A DNA stretch of 64,000 bases from Antedon mediterranea (lineage: Eukaryota; Animalia; Echinodermata), in NCBI RefSeq assembly GCF_964355755.1, contig NC_092675.1:27376912-27440911 (forward strand), given 5' to 3'. The translations under genes and the position numbers were made by a program. Positions 1-13,265 of the stretch are shown here, piece after piece (positions within the stretch are counted from its first letter, which is position 1; the number at the start of each line of letters is the position of its first letter). A model generated the notes under the pieces. It worked only from the letters and a program-made list of their open reading frames with translations. It was not told the origin of the DNA and did not search any database.

Positions 1-34
1 GAAACAAAATGGTAACAGATTCATTGACGACTTA

Positions 35-290
35 ATTATATGTATTTTTGTTTTACGATGACTCGACAATAGTTGGACTTATAACAATGATTATTCTCTG
101 TACCTTTCTGAGATTATTCGATTTACCGATTATGGCAACAATTTTCTTGAACTAAACATAAATAAAACGAAAGAAATAAGGATTGATTTTCGAAAACAAA
201 ATTGGTCGGACCGTATACATTAATTAAAGGAAAGGAAGTAGAGATTGTTAACACTAATTATAAGTATCTGGGAGTAGTGTTTGACTAAAG
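35..290 (+). pseudogene. Degraded LINE (L2/CR1-group) reverse transcriptase C-terminal fragment
   Basis: Frameshifted pieces read DDSTIVGLI, LELN.NKTKEI.IDFRK and YKYLGVVFD, typical of the RT thumb region. Confidence 0.6.
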
Positions 291-821
291 TTCAATATCC
301 ACCTTAGGGAATCCACCTAATATCCATATTAGGGAAGGATACCTACAAATTATATAGAAATAAAGAGCCATAATACGGGCCATAATATACTGTATTAACT
401 TGAAAACTGAAATTAATTCTACAGCGTGTAGGGCGTAGTTGTTTTCCCTTTGTTGCTGAAACATAATGCACTAAACAAAAGAACAAAAGCAGCAGTATTT
501 TAACACATTAGCACACTAAATTAATAAATGGGACACCCCTATTTTCCCATCTTTTTATAATGGTATAGTCCATACAAGTCGAGGTGGCCGAAAACGGCAC
601 CTGATCCCATCACGCTAAAATGCCTTGAAAACTAGGCAGAAGCAGGTTGCCGTTACGTTAGTACACTGTAGCTAGGCCTAGCCTACTCAGGCCTAGCCAA
701 CGAGGTGACGATATGTACACTGTTTGTGGTGAGGCATTTATGTTCGGTGTATAAGACGCACCCTTAATTTAGAGGTCAAATTTGCGTGTCAAAAGTGCGA
801 CTTATACACCGAAATATACGG

Positions 822-2520
822 TATGTTAATGATCTGGCTAATGTCAGTAACAAATTGCAAGTAATATCCTTCGCCGACGACACCACCTTATTTTACTCTA
901 ATTCCAATATTGATTTATTATTTACTACATGCAATGATGAATTAACAAAATTTTGTGACTGGTTTATTTCAAACAAATTACTTATTAATACTCTTAAAAC
1001 AAATTATTTAATTTTTCACAATTCTCAACGTAAGGCCAAATAAAAAAAAATACTTGTTAAGCGTCACACCCTCATAAATTTTCAGGGGCGGGGGGACGGT
1101 TTTTTTTTTTTTTTTTTAACTTTTTATGGAGGTATAATTTTGCGCGATGGACGTTTTGGCCCACTTTTTTTTTAGGACGAAACGTCAAACTTTTAAAATG
1201 CGAAACAGAACAAAATTGACTATGTATGAAATATTATTGCTTATGACAAAATTGAGTTTTGTATTGTTTATATCCAGACGTAATTAAAACATTAAATTTA
1301 ATTGCCACCGAGCGAAATTGTAGGCCCTAGACTAATCCGTCCAAGCTGCCACCCCGCCTCACTCATCGGCGGCCATGGTCCGCCGTCTCTCGCTCGACTC
1401 ATCTATCCAGGAAATTCCCTATCGCGAGAAGCATGATGTTGGTCTCAATAATACTAAATTATAGTGGGCTGATTTTGAAAACAGCTTACGGCATTTCTTA
1501 AGTGAATTTTTATTCAACGTATTCATTCTTCTTTGATGAATCCGTTGCCAATTGCTGTGTAAATCAGTATTTAAAGTTGTGATGCGAAAAGTGTGTGTAA
1601 TTATTCCACAGGTAAACCAGGCATAAGAAAACGCATCGCCGGGCCCATCGCCCAACAGGACCTCGTGGTGTGCCGATCTCGAGCGCGAGATCATCATAAA
1701 CAAAATTGGTAGAGTCCATTATGTATGGGGTGTTTCCTATTTACGAACCTATAAAAAACGCGTTTCGACCACTGTGTAGGCAAAATATTTATTTCAGTAA
1801 TCCCTAAATTGATAATCGTGTATTCTGTAATCACGTGACTGATGATGTAATCCTCAGCGACGTACTAAATGCACGTGATTTAATGTGTTGGGGAAAAAGC
1901 TTGCTGTTTACCACACATGATTCGCGGTGCTATTCGCGTTTCCTGACGTAAATCGGCGGCGTGTAAATGAAACAATTGTTTTCACCAAATTGCCGTTGTC
2001 GACATAGAGCGATCGGTGGCTAGCTAGCGTGGCTAAGCTAAGAAGTACGTATTTTTCAAAAATTACACCAGCCTAGCAAACATTTGCTAGTTTTGAAATT
2101 TTAACTAGCAATTATGAAGAATCTACTAGCAAAATGCTAGTTTGCTAGCGCGAATTTTGAGCCCTGCTCTAGAGCTGGGCCGGGCCGGGCCGCTAAACTT
2201 TCCATTGTATATGAGTAAAAAAAAAATAAAAATAAAAAGAGAGGCGGCTGGATAATCAGGAGCGGGCGGTGACGCTTAACAAGTATGTTTTTTTATTTGG
2301 CCTAAACTAAAAGTTGATGACCTAAATATACTTCTTGACGGAATTCAAATTGAACGCAAAACTGAAACACTTTTTTTAGGTGTATATATTCATGAAAACC
2401 TCAAATGGACCAGTCATCAAAATTACGTTTCGAAAAAAATATCAAGATCTATTAGTATTATTAACAGACTTAAGCACTTCTTCCCTCTAAATATTTTAAT
2501 TTCTCTTTATAACACAGTTT
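822..2520 (+). pseudogene. CR1/L2-type LINE RT fragment, split by a MITE
   Basis: YVNDL...FADDTTLF...DWFISNKLLINTLKTNYLIF (822-1033) continues in frame after removing 1034-2305 as KLKVDD...FLGVYIHENLKWTSH...LISLYN. Confidence 0.8.
1034..2302. mobile_element. Non-autonomous PIF/Harbinger-like TIR element
   Basis: TIRs ggccaaataaaaaaaa..tacttgttaagcgtca / tgacgcttaacaagta..tttatttggcc, flanked by 3-bp TSD TAA (1031-1033, 2303-2305); excision restores the RT frame. Confidence 0.8.
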
Positions 2521-2919
2521 GGTAAACAAAATGTGACATGTGTGTACCATTCTAGTGAATAATTAGTTAGGTTTTCCTCCTTCCAAGTCAAGGACATTAT
2601 GATTTAGTCATTTGTGATTGATCACTGATTGGCGTGCCCTACTTATACTTTAATTTTTTCATTTCTGTTGTTTTTTCTCATGCAATCAAAAATTTATCAC
2701 AATAGGCCATTAAATGATGCTATAAAACAAAAAGAGAATGCTATTCCAATTAAACCTGTATTTGACCCCTTGTAAACTATTTTTATGTTGTTTTACAGGA
2801 AGTGATGATATGAAAGGTAAGCTTGCCATTGTCCGTTATGATCTATTTCGTCTTTATAATGATGCAAAATTAAGCTTTTACGTAAACCCAGAGGCCTATT
2901 TGATACATTAGTTTCCTGG

Positions 2920-3410
2920 TATACTGCACTACCGTATATTTAGTATTCTTTCACATGTGACCCACAACTCATATAAATTTTCCTACAGATGGTTTTTGTT
3001 CATTTTTACTATACCACAAAGTCTTAGACCCTATTTCTGCTTTCAAGAATATACCGTAATCTGTAGGCCTAGGTGGTACATTTATATACAGTATGTTTTT
3101 GTGGCAGCAAAATGGGTATTGGGCCTGTTTCTGCTGCATATCCTCAAAATACGGTATAATATAAAAGATGGTATTTTTTTTTATTGGCAGCAGAAATGGG
3201 TACCCAAAATACGGTATATAGTTATAAATACCGTATTTTATCCACAAATTTGGTAGCGAAAATATGTTATATTTTTTGTGACCGCTGCTTCCGCTGCCAA
3301 AAATATACCGTATATATATATGGTAAATACGGTATATACTTGGCAGATGTATATACTTGGCAGATGTATATTTATCTTGATTGTAGATATTATACGGTAT
3401 ATATTCCATA
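2920..3410. repeat. Interspersed repeat built from atataccgtatat / gcagcagaaa motifs (related copy at ~62925-63090)
   Basis: Iterated (a)tacggtata / tataccgta motifs in both orientations; the same motifs recur at 62.9-63.1 kb. Confidence 0.55.
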
Positions 3411-5370
3411 TATATATATATATATTATAGTGTGTGCTATAAATCAGTGATGTCATACCATAGAGATTTTACTGTATATTACTGTACTCTATGGTCATTC
3501 CCATATGTTATTCTATTGAAATTGAAATCAATTTGAATTGAATGTGGTTTAGGAAGGTACTGTAGCTTTGCATTGGGTTGATCAAGAGTAGATTTGTATG
3601 TTTTAAAGGCTAAAAGTTAAATGAAATCATGTTTTTAAAAACATTTCTAACCAAAATATAGAATGTCAAATGATGTTAACATTCATCTTTAAAAACTAAA
3701 CAAGCACGAATGTGCGATACTCGGGGTACAGTAAAAGAAGCTGTAATGACGTTATAAGACGGGATGTGACGTCACATACACATTAATAACCTTGCTACCA
3801 ATAGTTTATACAGCTATGGTACCTTCTTCGAGACGTCATATGGCTGCATCCGGTTTGAAATTTACAAATCCGCTTTGAGGACATGTCCCTGTAGTATATT
3901 CATGCCAAATCCCAGCTCAATACTACAACGAATAAGGGAGGAGTAGTACTTTATAAATCGCACTTTTACTCAATAGTGTCTGATGAAGATGAGAGAGTCC
4001 TAGATTTTTTCATTTCATTTACTATGTTACATTGTTTGGTAATATTTCTATTAAACATGCTTAAAGATGGTGGCAGGGGTGGATCCAGTATATTGTGTAT
4101 AAGAGCATGAACAATGATAGATTAGGGGTTTGATTGTGTATTTTTAAGATTTGTGAAATGAATATGCCATCTTTTTGAAGAGTAAGAGATTATCTATTTA
4201 GGTACCATACTGGTCCTTCTTGGCCACTGTCCTCCATGGTAGGCGCTGCACTATGGCTGCTGTTGATCCGTAAAGGACCTAATCCAATGCATTTGGGATT
4301 TATAGCGGGCCGCTATAATTATTAGAATCGACTTATTTTTCACATTTTTAACCGTTTAAAGATGGAAAAAGTTATCGCAATAGGACCATATAGTATTATT
4401 TTTACATTAAATATAGTTTGTGATCTTAAATCTAAAAAAACTTAGGGAAGGGGTCTTTAAGTTCAAAGATTGATTCATGACAAGTAACTCGGTTCTTCTT
4501 TTGCGATGTTTTTGATGGTATACAACCTGCTCTTCGTCAGCGTGTTGTATATAGCATAAAATGTGAACAAAAACTATATAAAAAAAAGGAACTTTACTCA
4601 TAATCTATACAGTAGTTCTTCTCCATTGTTCAATAGCAAAATTTATATTCTTGCATAGTAATTGATTTTTTCACATGATTGGTACTATAAAACCTATACA
4701 CAACAATACTATTTCTTAGATGCTTTCTTTCTGCCGACAAGATAGGTTTTCCTTTGTTGTTCAAATTTATGGATTATTATTATCTTTGTTTGATAACAGT
4801 TTGGGTGTGTTTCTGTCAATAACTCAGAATATCAGTTTTATTTCAAGTTAAATTACATATTTAACAACGGACTGCATTTTTAAAAATGTATTCAATATGA
4901 GGTCTTGGAAGAAAAATGAGGACTGTCAATCAAAATAATCAATATTTTGCATTGCAGCTAAAAATTGTACGTTGATAACTGTACTGATAACACTCAATTA
5001 AGTGAGTGTTCTTAAGCAAATTTCACTTGACTGGAATTACATTTTGCACTCTGTTTCTGCTGCTGCCTAAAAAATTACTCCTACAGCCACTTGAATCAAA
5101 TTTAATCATTGTATCGTTGTTTTCTTCTAAGACAATAAGAAATGGTTATTCATAATAGTTCTGGGATGAAAACATTTCTTGTTTTCTTTAGACAAAAATG
5201 AATGATTATTTTATCTTATCGTCGTTCGTTATCGTCCTAGTATAAGGTTTTTTAAAGAAACGTGACCATTTATATGGATGACCAAGGTTTAAGATGACAA
5301 TTATTTTCCAGTGTATTAATACAATAATCAAACATATAATTGGATAAGACAGTATCAGTTGAATTATTAA

Positions 5371-5905
5371 AGATGTATTGTCCCTTGAAACACAACAAAT
5401 GAAAAAAAAAATATTCTAAATTTAAATTGGCCATATCAAAGTAATATTAAAGTTATTCACTTTAAGTCGAAAATTCGAGCCAAAAACAACAGTTTACGTA
5501 ATTAACAGGTAAATTAGTTAGATTACATTTCGTCTGAGAAATCGTCGCAAGCGAAAGTAAACAAAGATTTCAAACCATGAGTATGCATTATGCATGATGC
5601 TAATTAGGATTGTTTACAATCACAGTTGAGAAGGTGTTTTCACACAGATCGCGAGGAACTTTTATGATTATGCATACAGAGTAGCCAAACAAGCGCATTG
5701 CATTATGGGATATGTTTTGATTGAAAACTTTGACTGGAAGTCAAAGTTATTTTTTGAACAAAAAAACATCTGTATTTCGGTTAAATTATTTTTTTTTGGA
5801 CTAATTTTTGGTGAAAGTTAATAACTATTATCATACTTCAAAATGACCCACTTTTCTTCGAAATTAAAAAAAAATAATTTTTTTTGGAATTAGTCAAAAA
5901 CATCT
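5371..5905. mobile_element. Kolobok-like MITE (TTAA target)
   Basis: ttaa|agatgtattgtccc ... aaacatct|ttaa; a related copy at 52315-52628 has clearer TIRs. Confidence 0.55.
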
Positions 5906-5986
5906 TTAATATCTTAAATTTACGGAGATGCAAAAAACACATTTTACCATGATTAAATAATGTTTCTTAGCCTATCCCAAACACTC

Positions 5987-6930
5987 TATGTTGCATAAGT
6001 CCCTGGATAATTCCCAGGGTAGTTATTCTGTTCTTTACAGATTCAACATTAGTTTAATGGAATTGGTTTACCATTTTACAATTGGATTTTAGCATGTTTC
6101 CATTTTAATCATATTTGGTTGAAAAATATGGAAATTTAAATTTCTGACTTAATGATTACAGTACAGCCTGTGTTTGAGTGTGTGTTATCGTCAATTAGGG
6201 ATGATTTCTATATATGGGTATTTTCGCTTATAAAGATATTAAGAAGATGATTAAAAATGTAGGGAAGATGGTACACTGCATCATTGGATAGTTCAATTAC
6301 CATTGCATTATGCGCACTGGACTTTATAACTAACTGAGTGGCCAGCAAGTTTGACCAGAATATGTCCAATGTAAAACCTTTCATTTCACTTGGTCAACTA
6401 CCCAAGCTAACTCAGCTACACTTAGTACTGGAGTTAATAGAAAACTTTCGATTTGCAACGACCGAGGACCGATGACCAACCTAGGTCAGGTCAATAGATG
6501 TATCGTCGGTCGTCTGGACCTAGAAAACATATCAAAGTTGTGTCAAGGTGGAGATAGAGGAAACATTTCCCCAATATTTCCGCATGCGCACAAAATTAAC
6601 TAACATGACATATTTTCACAGATCGAAAGCTCCTGATTGTTGCACCAGGGCCATGATTCAATTATTAGTAGCGTACAAACGCGAGTCTATTGCTCACTAT
6701 GTCGGTCGGTTGGTCAGTCAGTTGGTCGGTAAACACTAACTCAAATTTGAGCACGCGACTGCAGCCATGTATATGGCCTTGTTAAGTATATTACTTACTT
6801 TCAATTATACAAACTACAATAACTAATTGAAGAATTATGAATTTATAGTAGTTTGAATTTCATTACCCTACATTTGGGTTGAAGATTTCATCATAAAAAT
6901 ATATAGGAGAATACGTCGGTAATAAATGCT
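5987..6930 (+). repeat. ~940-bp dispersed repeat, copy 1
   Basis: Near-identical direct copy at 48317-49276 (same 63-aa ORF in the track). Confidence 0.9.
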
Positions 6931-9636
6931 AACAAATTTGAAATACCCAGTTTAAGACATCTGATCTTCTTTCCTCTTTTCTCCTGGGCCTCTAGCACCC
7001 CCTCTTCACAGCCAACAGATAAATCGTTTTAATAAATTTCTTGGAAAATTTAATTCTATTTAGTTGATTTATTTGATAGATGTTTCTTACAGTTAATATA
7101 ATTTTCATATTAAATTACCGCGATATTTTTCACTATAAGCCTGATAAGCTGACTTTTATGAACATCAAAACTGTTAGTTATTACTGTTGTCAGCAGGTAG
7201 GGTTGTAGATTATTTGATATTCTATACTTAAAGTTATTTATTAATTTCATCACATTAAATACATGCTTAATAGCAAATAAATATGGCAATTACAGTGACC
7301 TATGATATGAGAAAATTCCTTGGTGTAACTAACATACAGTAGTTGAGTTTATGTATAGAGAATGTGAGAATTACAAAAAAGCACACACACACATCAAGTT
7401 TCTCAAATCTGGCGTGAGGCTCAAGCTTCTTGACTTCTTATGCCACACACCTAATATCTCATGCCATTTCACAATTATTGTCAATCTTTATATAATTAAA
7501 CCCAAAATTTTTTTTTTTCAAAGCGCTTTAAAACTTTAAAATATTTTGTTTATCATGCCTAGCAAAGCAACCTAAAAATCGAAGAAATCTTGTCCTAAAA
7601 CATTCCAGAATGTTTACGCACTTTGAGGGGTTGGGGATAGGAGTGGAGTCATAGAGTGGGGTCATATTGCCAAATGTGCCAAATATGTTTGCTTCTTGAA
7701 AATCAATAGGCATGGTCTGTCTTTCTATATTTCTAAAAATAAACAATTACTTGAAATATTGTGGAGAATTTATTATCCAATGAAACATACAAAGCAAGTA
7801 ATATAGGCTACTTGGCAAAATGCCATATAAGAAGACAATGTGAATGTTTATATGTACCTGGTATAAATCAATTTATAGCATCTTAGCGAGATGAAATGTC
7901 ATTACCTAATTAGTCATTTTTCTTTGGGAAAAATTTCAAATAATGTACTTTCAATTTCATCGAAGCGTAAAAATTAAATGTTTAATAAAAGAATGATGAC
8001 AAATATATATTAACTCTATACAGTACATCCTAATCCTAAATTGTGTGAATGTCAGTACATCATTAGTCATTTTTCTTTTGGAACAATTTCAATTAAAGTA
8101 CACTCTAAATTTAATTGAAGCATAAAAATTAAATGTTTACAGTATGATATGTAGAAACAATCATTTTGTTAACATTTCAAGCCATTTTCTTCTTTTGGCT
8201 AATTTTAAATTGATTGAAGGGTAACAATTATTTATAAAGATCTTAATTAAAAATAATATTAAATCTACATTTCACTGTAGTAAAACAGTATTTGTTACAA
8301 TTTCGAACTGTTTGACCTTCATCATTTAAATTGAAAATTTGAAAAATACAGCTGTCAAGCGAGAGTAAATTTTAATATTATTAAAATATATTTCCTTTGT
8401 TTGAATAATGAAAAAAAAGTTCAAAATGTCATGTTAATTAATATCATAAAAATAATGTAATGAAAAAAAAAGTGTCCACAATATACTCGAGGAGAATAGT
8501 TTTCTTTAATATTATAACTAAATTTTACATATTAATGTTGTTTTATAGTAAGTTGACCAATTCCAATTCGAACATTGTTAAATTAACCAACACCAATGGT
8601 TATTTCTAACACCGCCTGCTCGGTAGAACTTACCTTGGTCTCGGTAAAACTAACAATGCTGACGTGTGACTCAGTTTTTAAAAAAGACTTTCACCATGCA
8701 ATTCAATCGTAGCTTTTAACATCACGGTAAAACTAACTATGTGAAATCATGCAAGTGCAAACAGTAGTAAAATTTACTGGTTAAATTTATCATTTTCAAG
8801 TCCTGTGCGAACAGGCTTAAGTCTGCAGCTTGTTATAAGAAACACACTAAATACTTCTAATAAAGCTGCAAGAACTCAGGAATCTGGGATTGGTAGCAAC
8901 CATGAAGCTGCCTCATTTACTATAGCATTGTGCTACAGGGCCAAACAGAGGGCTTTGACAACCCCTGGACCACACAAGGGATTGTTCTCTTTTATTTTTT
9001 GTCGGCCACCACACCACTTTAATTCTTGTGACTATGCCATTGCTATATTTTATTTAAAATCCTTGTTTTAACATTTAAAGTTTTTTTTTCCAGAACCATC
9101 TTATATCACCCAACTTTGTTCCTTAATATGTTCGATCTCGTCGCCTTTGCTCCTCTAACAAATCATTGCTACCTGTACCAAGTTTCTGCAACTAAGACAT
9201 ATGTTACAAACTCCTTTTCCTTTGTTGAACGATTTCCCAATTTTTGTCAAACTTTCACCCTCTTTTGACTCAAATTATTTAAAAGCTCATTTATTAGCAA
9301 ATTTCATGATACAACGTTGCCTTTAATCATTTTGGTGTGGGGGTAAGGAATAATATTTTTATTTATATAATAATACTATTTTTAGTTTTTTGTAATACAA
9401 TCTTTCAATCTCATTTTGTTTTTATTTTAAGTGCTTTGGGACAATCTGGTGATTGTTAAAAGAAGCCCTGTAGTATTCCATTATACTTTTATGTTCAAAT
9501 TACAATATCAACAATTAAACGTTTTTAAGCATTAAAAAAAAATTTGCATTAATTACAGAAATTTGAAATCGACAAAACGTAGTGGAACCAAACAGATGAA
9601 ATAATCATTAATACAATATTAGTATGAACGTACTGT

Positions 9637-9782
9637 ACACTATCAAACTAGTTTGACAAAAAAAGTGTAATGTGTCCAAATTTGGTAGTGATATGCTTAA
9701 AATATGGTAGTGAGGTAGATGACATCATCATGTCCATATATGGGCACATCACATTTTTTTTGTTTGATAGTGGTCGACAGAA
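9637..9782. repeat. Small MITE family (ctgtctacactatcaaa...tttgatagtgtagacag); other copies near 10340-10475, 10897-11011, 57088-57271, 61530-61590
   Basis: Shared TIR and internal aaatatggtagtgatatg motif in five places. Confidence 0.65.
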
Positions 9783-12700
9783 CTTTATAGAAAATATGTC
9801 CTGATCAATGTTTAAACTAATTGTCTTATAAATTTGTAATATACAGCTCATTACATTTTAACATAAATATCACATTATTTAAATGAAAAGATACATGTCA
9901 ATTAGTCTATGCTTGATGTGATGTTTAGATTGCGGATATCAGTTTCCAGAAAAATGAATATTATTAGTAAGACTATTAACAGGCAGAGCTAATTTCAATG
10001 GCTAGTTGGAAGTGTAGGAGCAATTGCATATGTACTAGATTTCAGCCATTTTGCTAATGGTACTTTCTTTTAGGACTTTTGATAACATTCAGTAAGTAAT
10101 TACGTAACGATTCATTTCAACTTAACTGTTTAGGGAACTCCAAGCATTAAAGGTCTCATAACAATGTATCACATCCTGTTACATGAGGCTTAAAGGGCTT
10201 CATTTACGTAAGACATGGTTCGGTTGAAGCAATTATAAACATTATTTTCTCATTTGTTGAGTAGTGTTATTCTTGAAACTCTTCTCTATTGTGCTGCAAT
10301 ATCCTATAAACACACATCAACTAAAGCTATACTAGTATAAAACTAGTTTGATGTGCCCAAATATAGTAGTGATATGATGTCATCATGCCCAAATATGGTA
10401 GTGATATGATGTAATCGTGCCCAAAAATAGGCACATCAAATTTTTTTTCATATAAAGTTTGAGAGTGTAGACAGAGCTTTAGCCTAAAAAGGTAATTTTT
10501 ATTCATTGGTTGAGCATGGCCCTAAAGTTAAAGATAGTCCATCTGAGCATTTCAGTGAGCAACATTTACAAAACATCTTGTTGTTGATATATAATAACAG
10601 GTTAGGTAGAATTTGATTTGTAGGTCTTGTCTAAATTTATTAAAAACACATTTGGTTTTTGTTCAACTCCTTTTTTTTATTAACTAGTCTCCCAGATGTT
10701 TCAGTGTCATCACTGCTTTCCACTGTGACACCCTTGGAAAGACTGTTAAAGTACAAACAAATTTAACTAGACCTAAAATTTAAGGTACTTTTAAATCTTT
10801 AGGCATGAATTATTTCCAAATGGGTCCTTAATCAGTGACAAAGTATACTGTATGGTCTAATTTATAAATTGCCAGTTAACAGCAATAGAGTAATGCTCTG
10901 TCTACACTACCAAACTAATATGTAACAACAAAAAAATGCTGCATATGACTACCATATTTGGGCACATCAGTTTGTTTTTTTCAAACTTTAAATTTGATAG
11001 TGTAGACAGAGCCTAGGCCTATGCATACGGTTATTATCTACTACTAACAGTATCTATCCAAAGTTGTAAAATTCTGTTCAAGATCAACTTGAATGTATTC
11101 ATCATTAAAATTTCTATGGTATGATCATAAATATTTTTTTATCAAAAATGTGTTGTAATACCTGTCTACAATGTAATGTGTGATATGATTGATTACACTC
11201 TATTATTAATGAATTATCTTCTATTGTATTTATATTTTGATCCCATATAAATTTATCATGCACATCAATACACAGATAGTAAGAATACAATTTTAGAAAT
11301 ATACAGATAAACATTATATGAATAGTGGCACAGTTCAAAAGAAGATACTATAAAAATCCTATCCACGGTTCAAACCTATCACAGAATACATTATAAAAAC
11401 ATCTCTCTAGATGAATCTCAAAGTATGATATTAAATTCCACAAGATTGTTATCAGAAGTTTGAAAATATTTTTCTACGCATCATAAAAAATGGAATGAAG
11501 ATATCTGATCGGAGGTTGTTGTTTGAAGTCCCTCGATGCAAAGCGGAACACAAACACGCAATTTTCCCGTACTATGATTAATCACCTGTTTTTGCAACAT
11601 ACTTTTATACATTTCAAACTTCAAAGAAACAGTCCGATACAAAAACAACAATTTAAATAATAGGATACTTTATGCATCTGTTATATAAACTGTAAATCAT
11701 GGCTTGAATAAAATGTTATACAGTATTAAAAGGTTTATAGAGTGTAGCCCTCCTTTGGGACACCCCATTCAGAAGATGCTACTAATAAGGGGACATTTTG
11801 AAGGGTTCTGAAGTTTTCCCTTGGTTCCAATCTGTTTAATACTTGCAAAGACAGTAAAGAAAAAGTAGTGTTGTGTACATTTATTTATTTACAAAATACA
11901 CAGAGATTGACTTTCCATTCAAATGACATTAAATAACAAGATTAGTGGTCCATAAAACCACTGAAAATAGAATAATCAAAATATTATTGGCAATTGTTGC
12001 AGGAATAAAAGGTATTTTACTGTGTCCATTAAATAAAACCACTGAAAGAAAGGATGTTTCATCATCAAGAGTTTATAACCTTTGAATAAAATAGTTTCCG
12101 AAAACTGTATTACTGTAGTATAACAAAGACATGAATTGTAATAAAAAATATTGCAAAGTGTCAAATTATACTATTATACTCTATATGTTTACCTTTGTAC
12201 AGCAACCTATAGTTTGTTCACTGACTTAGTCTTCCTTTTATATATCTGGAAGCACAGAGTAAACTGCACACTCTCTCCGCTCCCAACCACCGGATTAGAA
12301 AAACATGGAACCTTGGATCATGGAGGAAAAATGTTTTGCTCCATGCTTGGATCCACCCCTAACTAATGTTACGTCGGATACGTGTTTTTGGACATAAATC
12401 AGTGTTTTATTGGGGTTATAAAGAGAGATTTTTCTAATCACACAAGCAGTTGTGATGGTTGTAAGTCACAATATAAATTGGATAAGCTTAAATCTTATGC
12501 AGACTTAGCAGTGTGTGTGTGTGAACACAGTTAATAACGGTACTTTAAAGTAACAATCATTGTGACGAACTGTAAAGTATAAATGCTATATAAGTAGGCC
12601 TACTGACAATCATCTTACCTTGCTCATTGCAATAGACGTGTGCAAGAGAATGCAACATGATAATGGCAGTAAATATAAATGATGCCATATTGAACGAATT

Positions 12701-13083
12701 CTTCATTCTGAAAAAGGAAGAGAAAAATTGGATTCTTAGTAGCCTATTACATAATGGTAATGGATATTTGACTTGCATGTTAGAGGAGGCATGGGTTCAT
12801 ATTGATTGCTTTTAGGCAAGACTCATTGCCTCATCTTTCGAATTGAATGTGAAGTTGTATCCTATGCAATGTGTCCTGTGGTTAAATAGTCTGGTGAATA
12901 TGGATCCTTTACAGAGAATCTAAACAGACCTGAAACAGTGGAATACATATTTCCAAACCCAGGTCTGTTAGGATTCTCTCTAAAGGCAGCGTGGAAAAGA
13001 GATGAGGGTACCCAGGCTTAGGCCTAAGAGGTTGAGAAAAAAATCGCGAGCGGGAATGACATACGCCACCAATAGTTTGACTT

Positions 13084-13265
13084 TTCAATTCAATTCAAAC
13101 ATTTCATTCAAAACATTTCATTCAAAACATTTCATTCAAAACATTTCATTCAAAACATTTCATTCAAAATATTTCATTCAAAACATTCAATTCAAAGCAT
13201 TCAATTCAAAACATTTCATTCATATATCGCGCCATTCAATTCATATCGATGCATTTCATTCACAT
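13084..13265 (+). repeat. 14-bp minisatellite (ttcattcaaaacat)n
   Basis: About 9 clear tandem units, then degenerate units. Confidence 0.9.

Noticed and set aside
2957-3456. Overlapping Tyr/Ile-rich ORFs
   Set aside because: Low-complexity translation of an atataccgt repeat element
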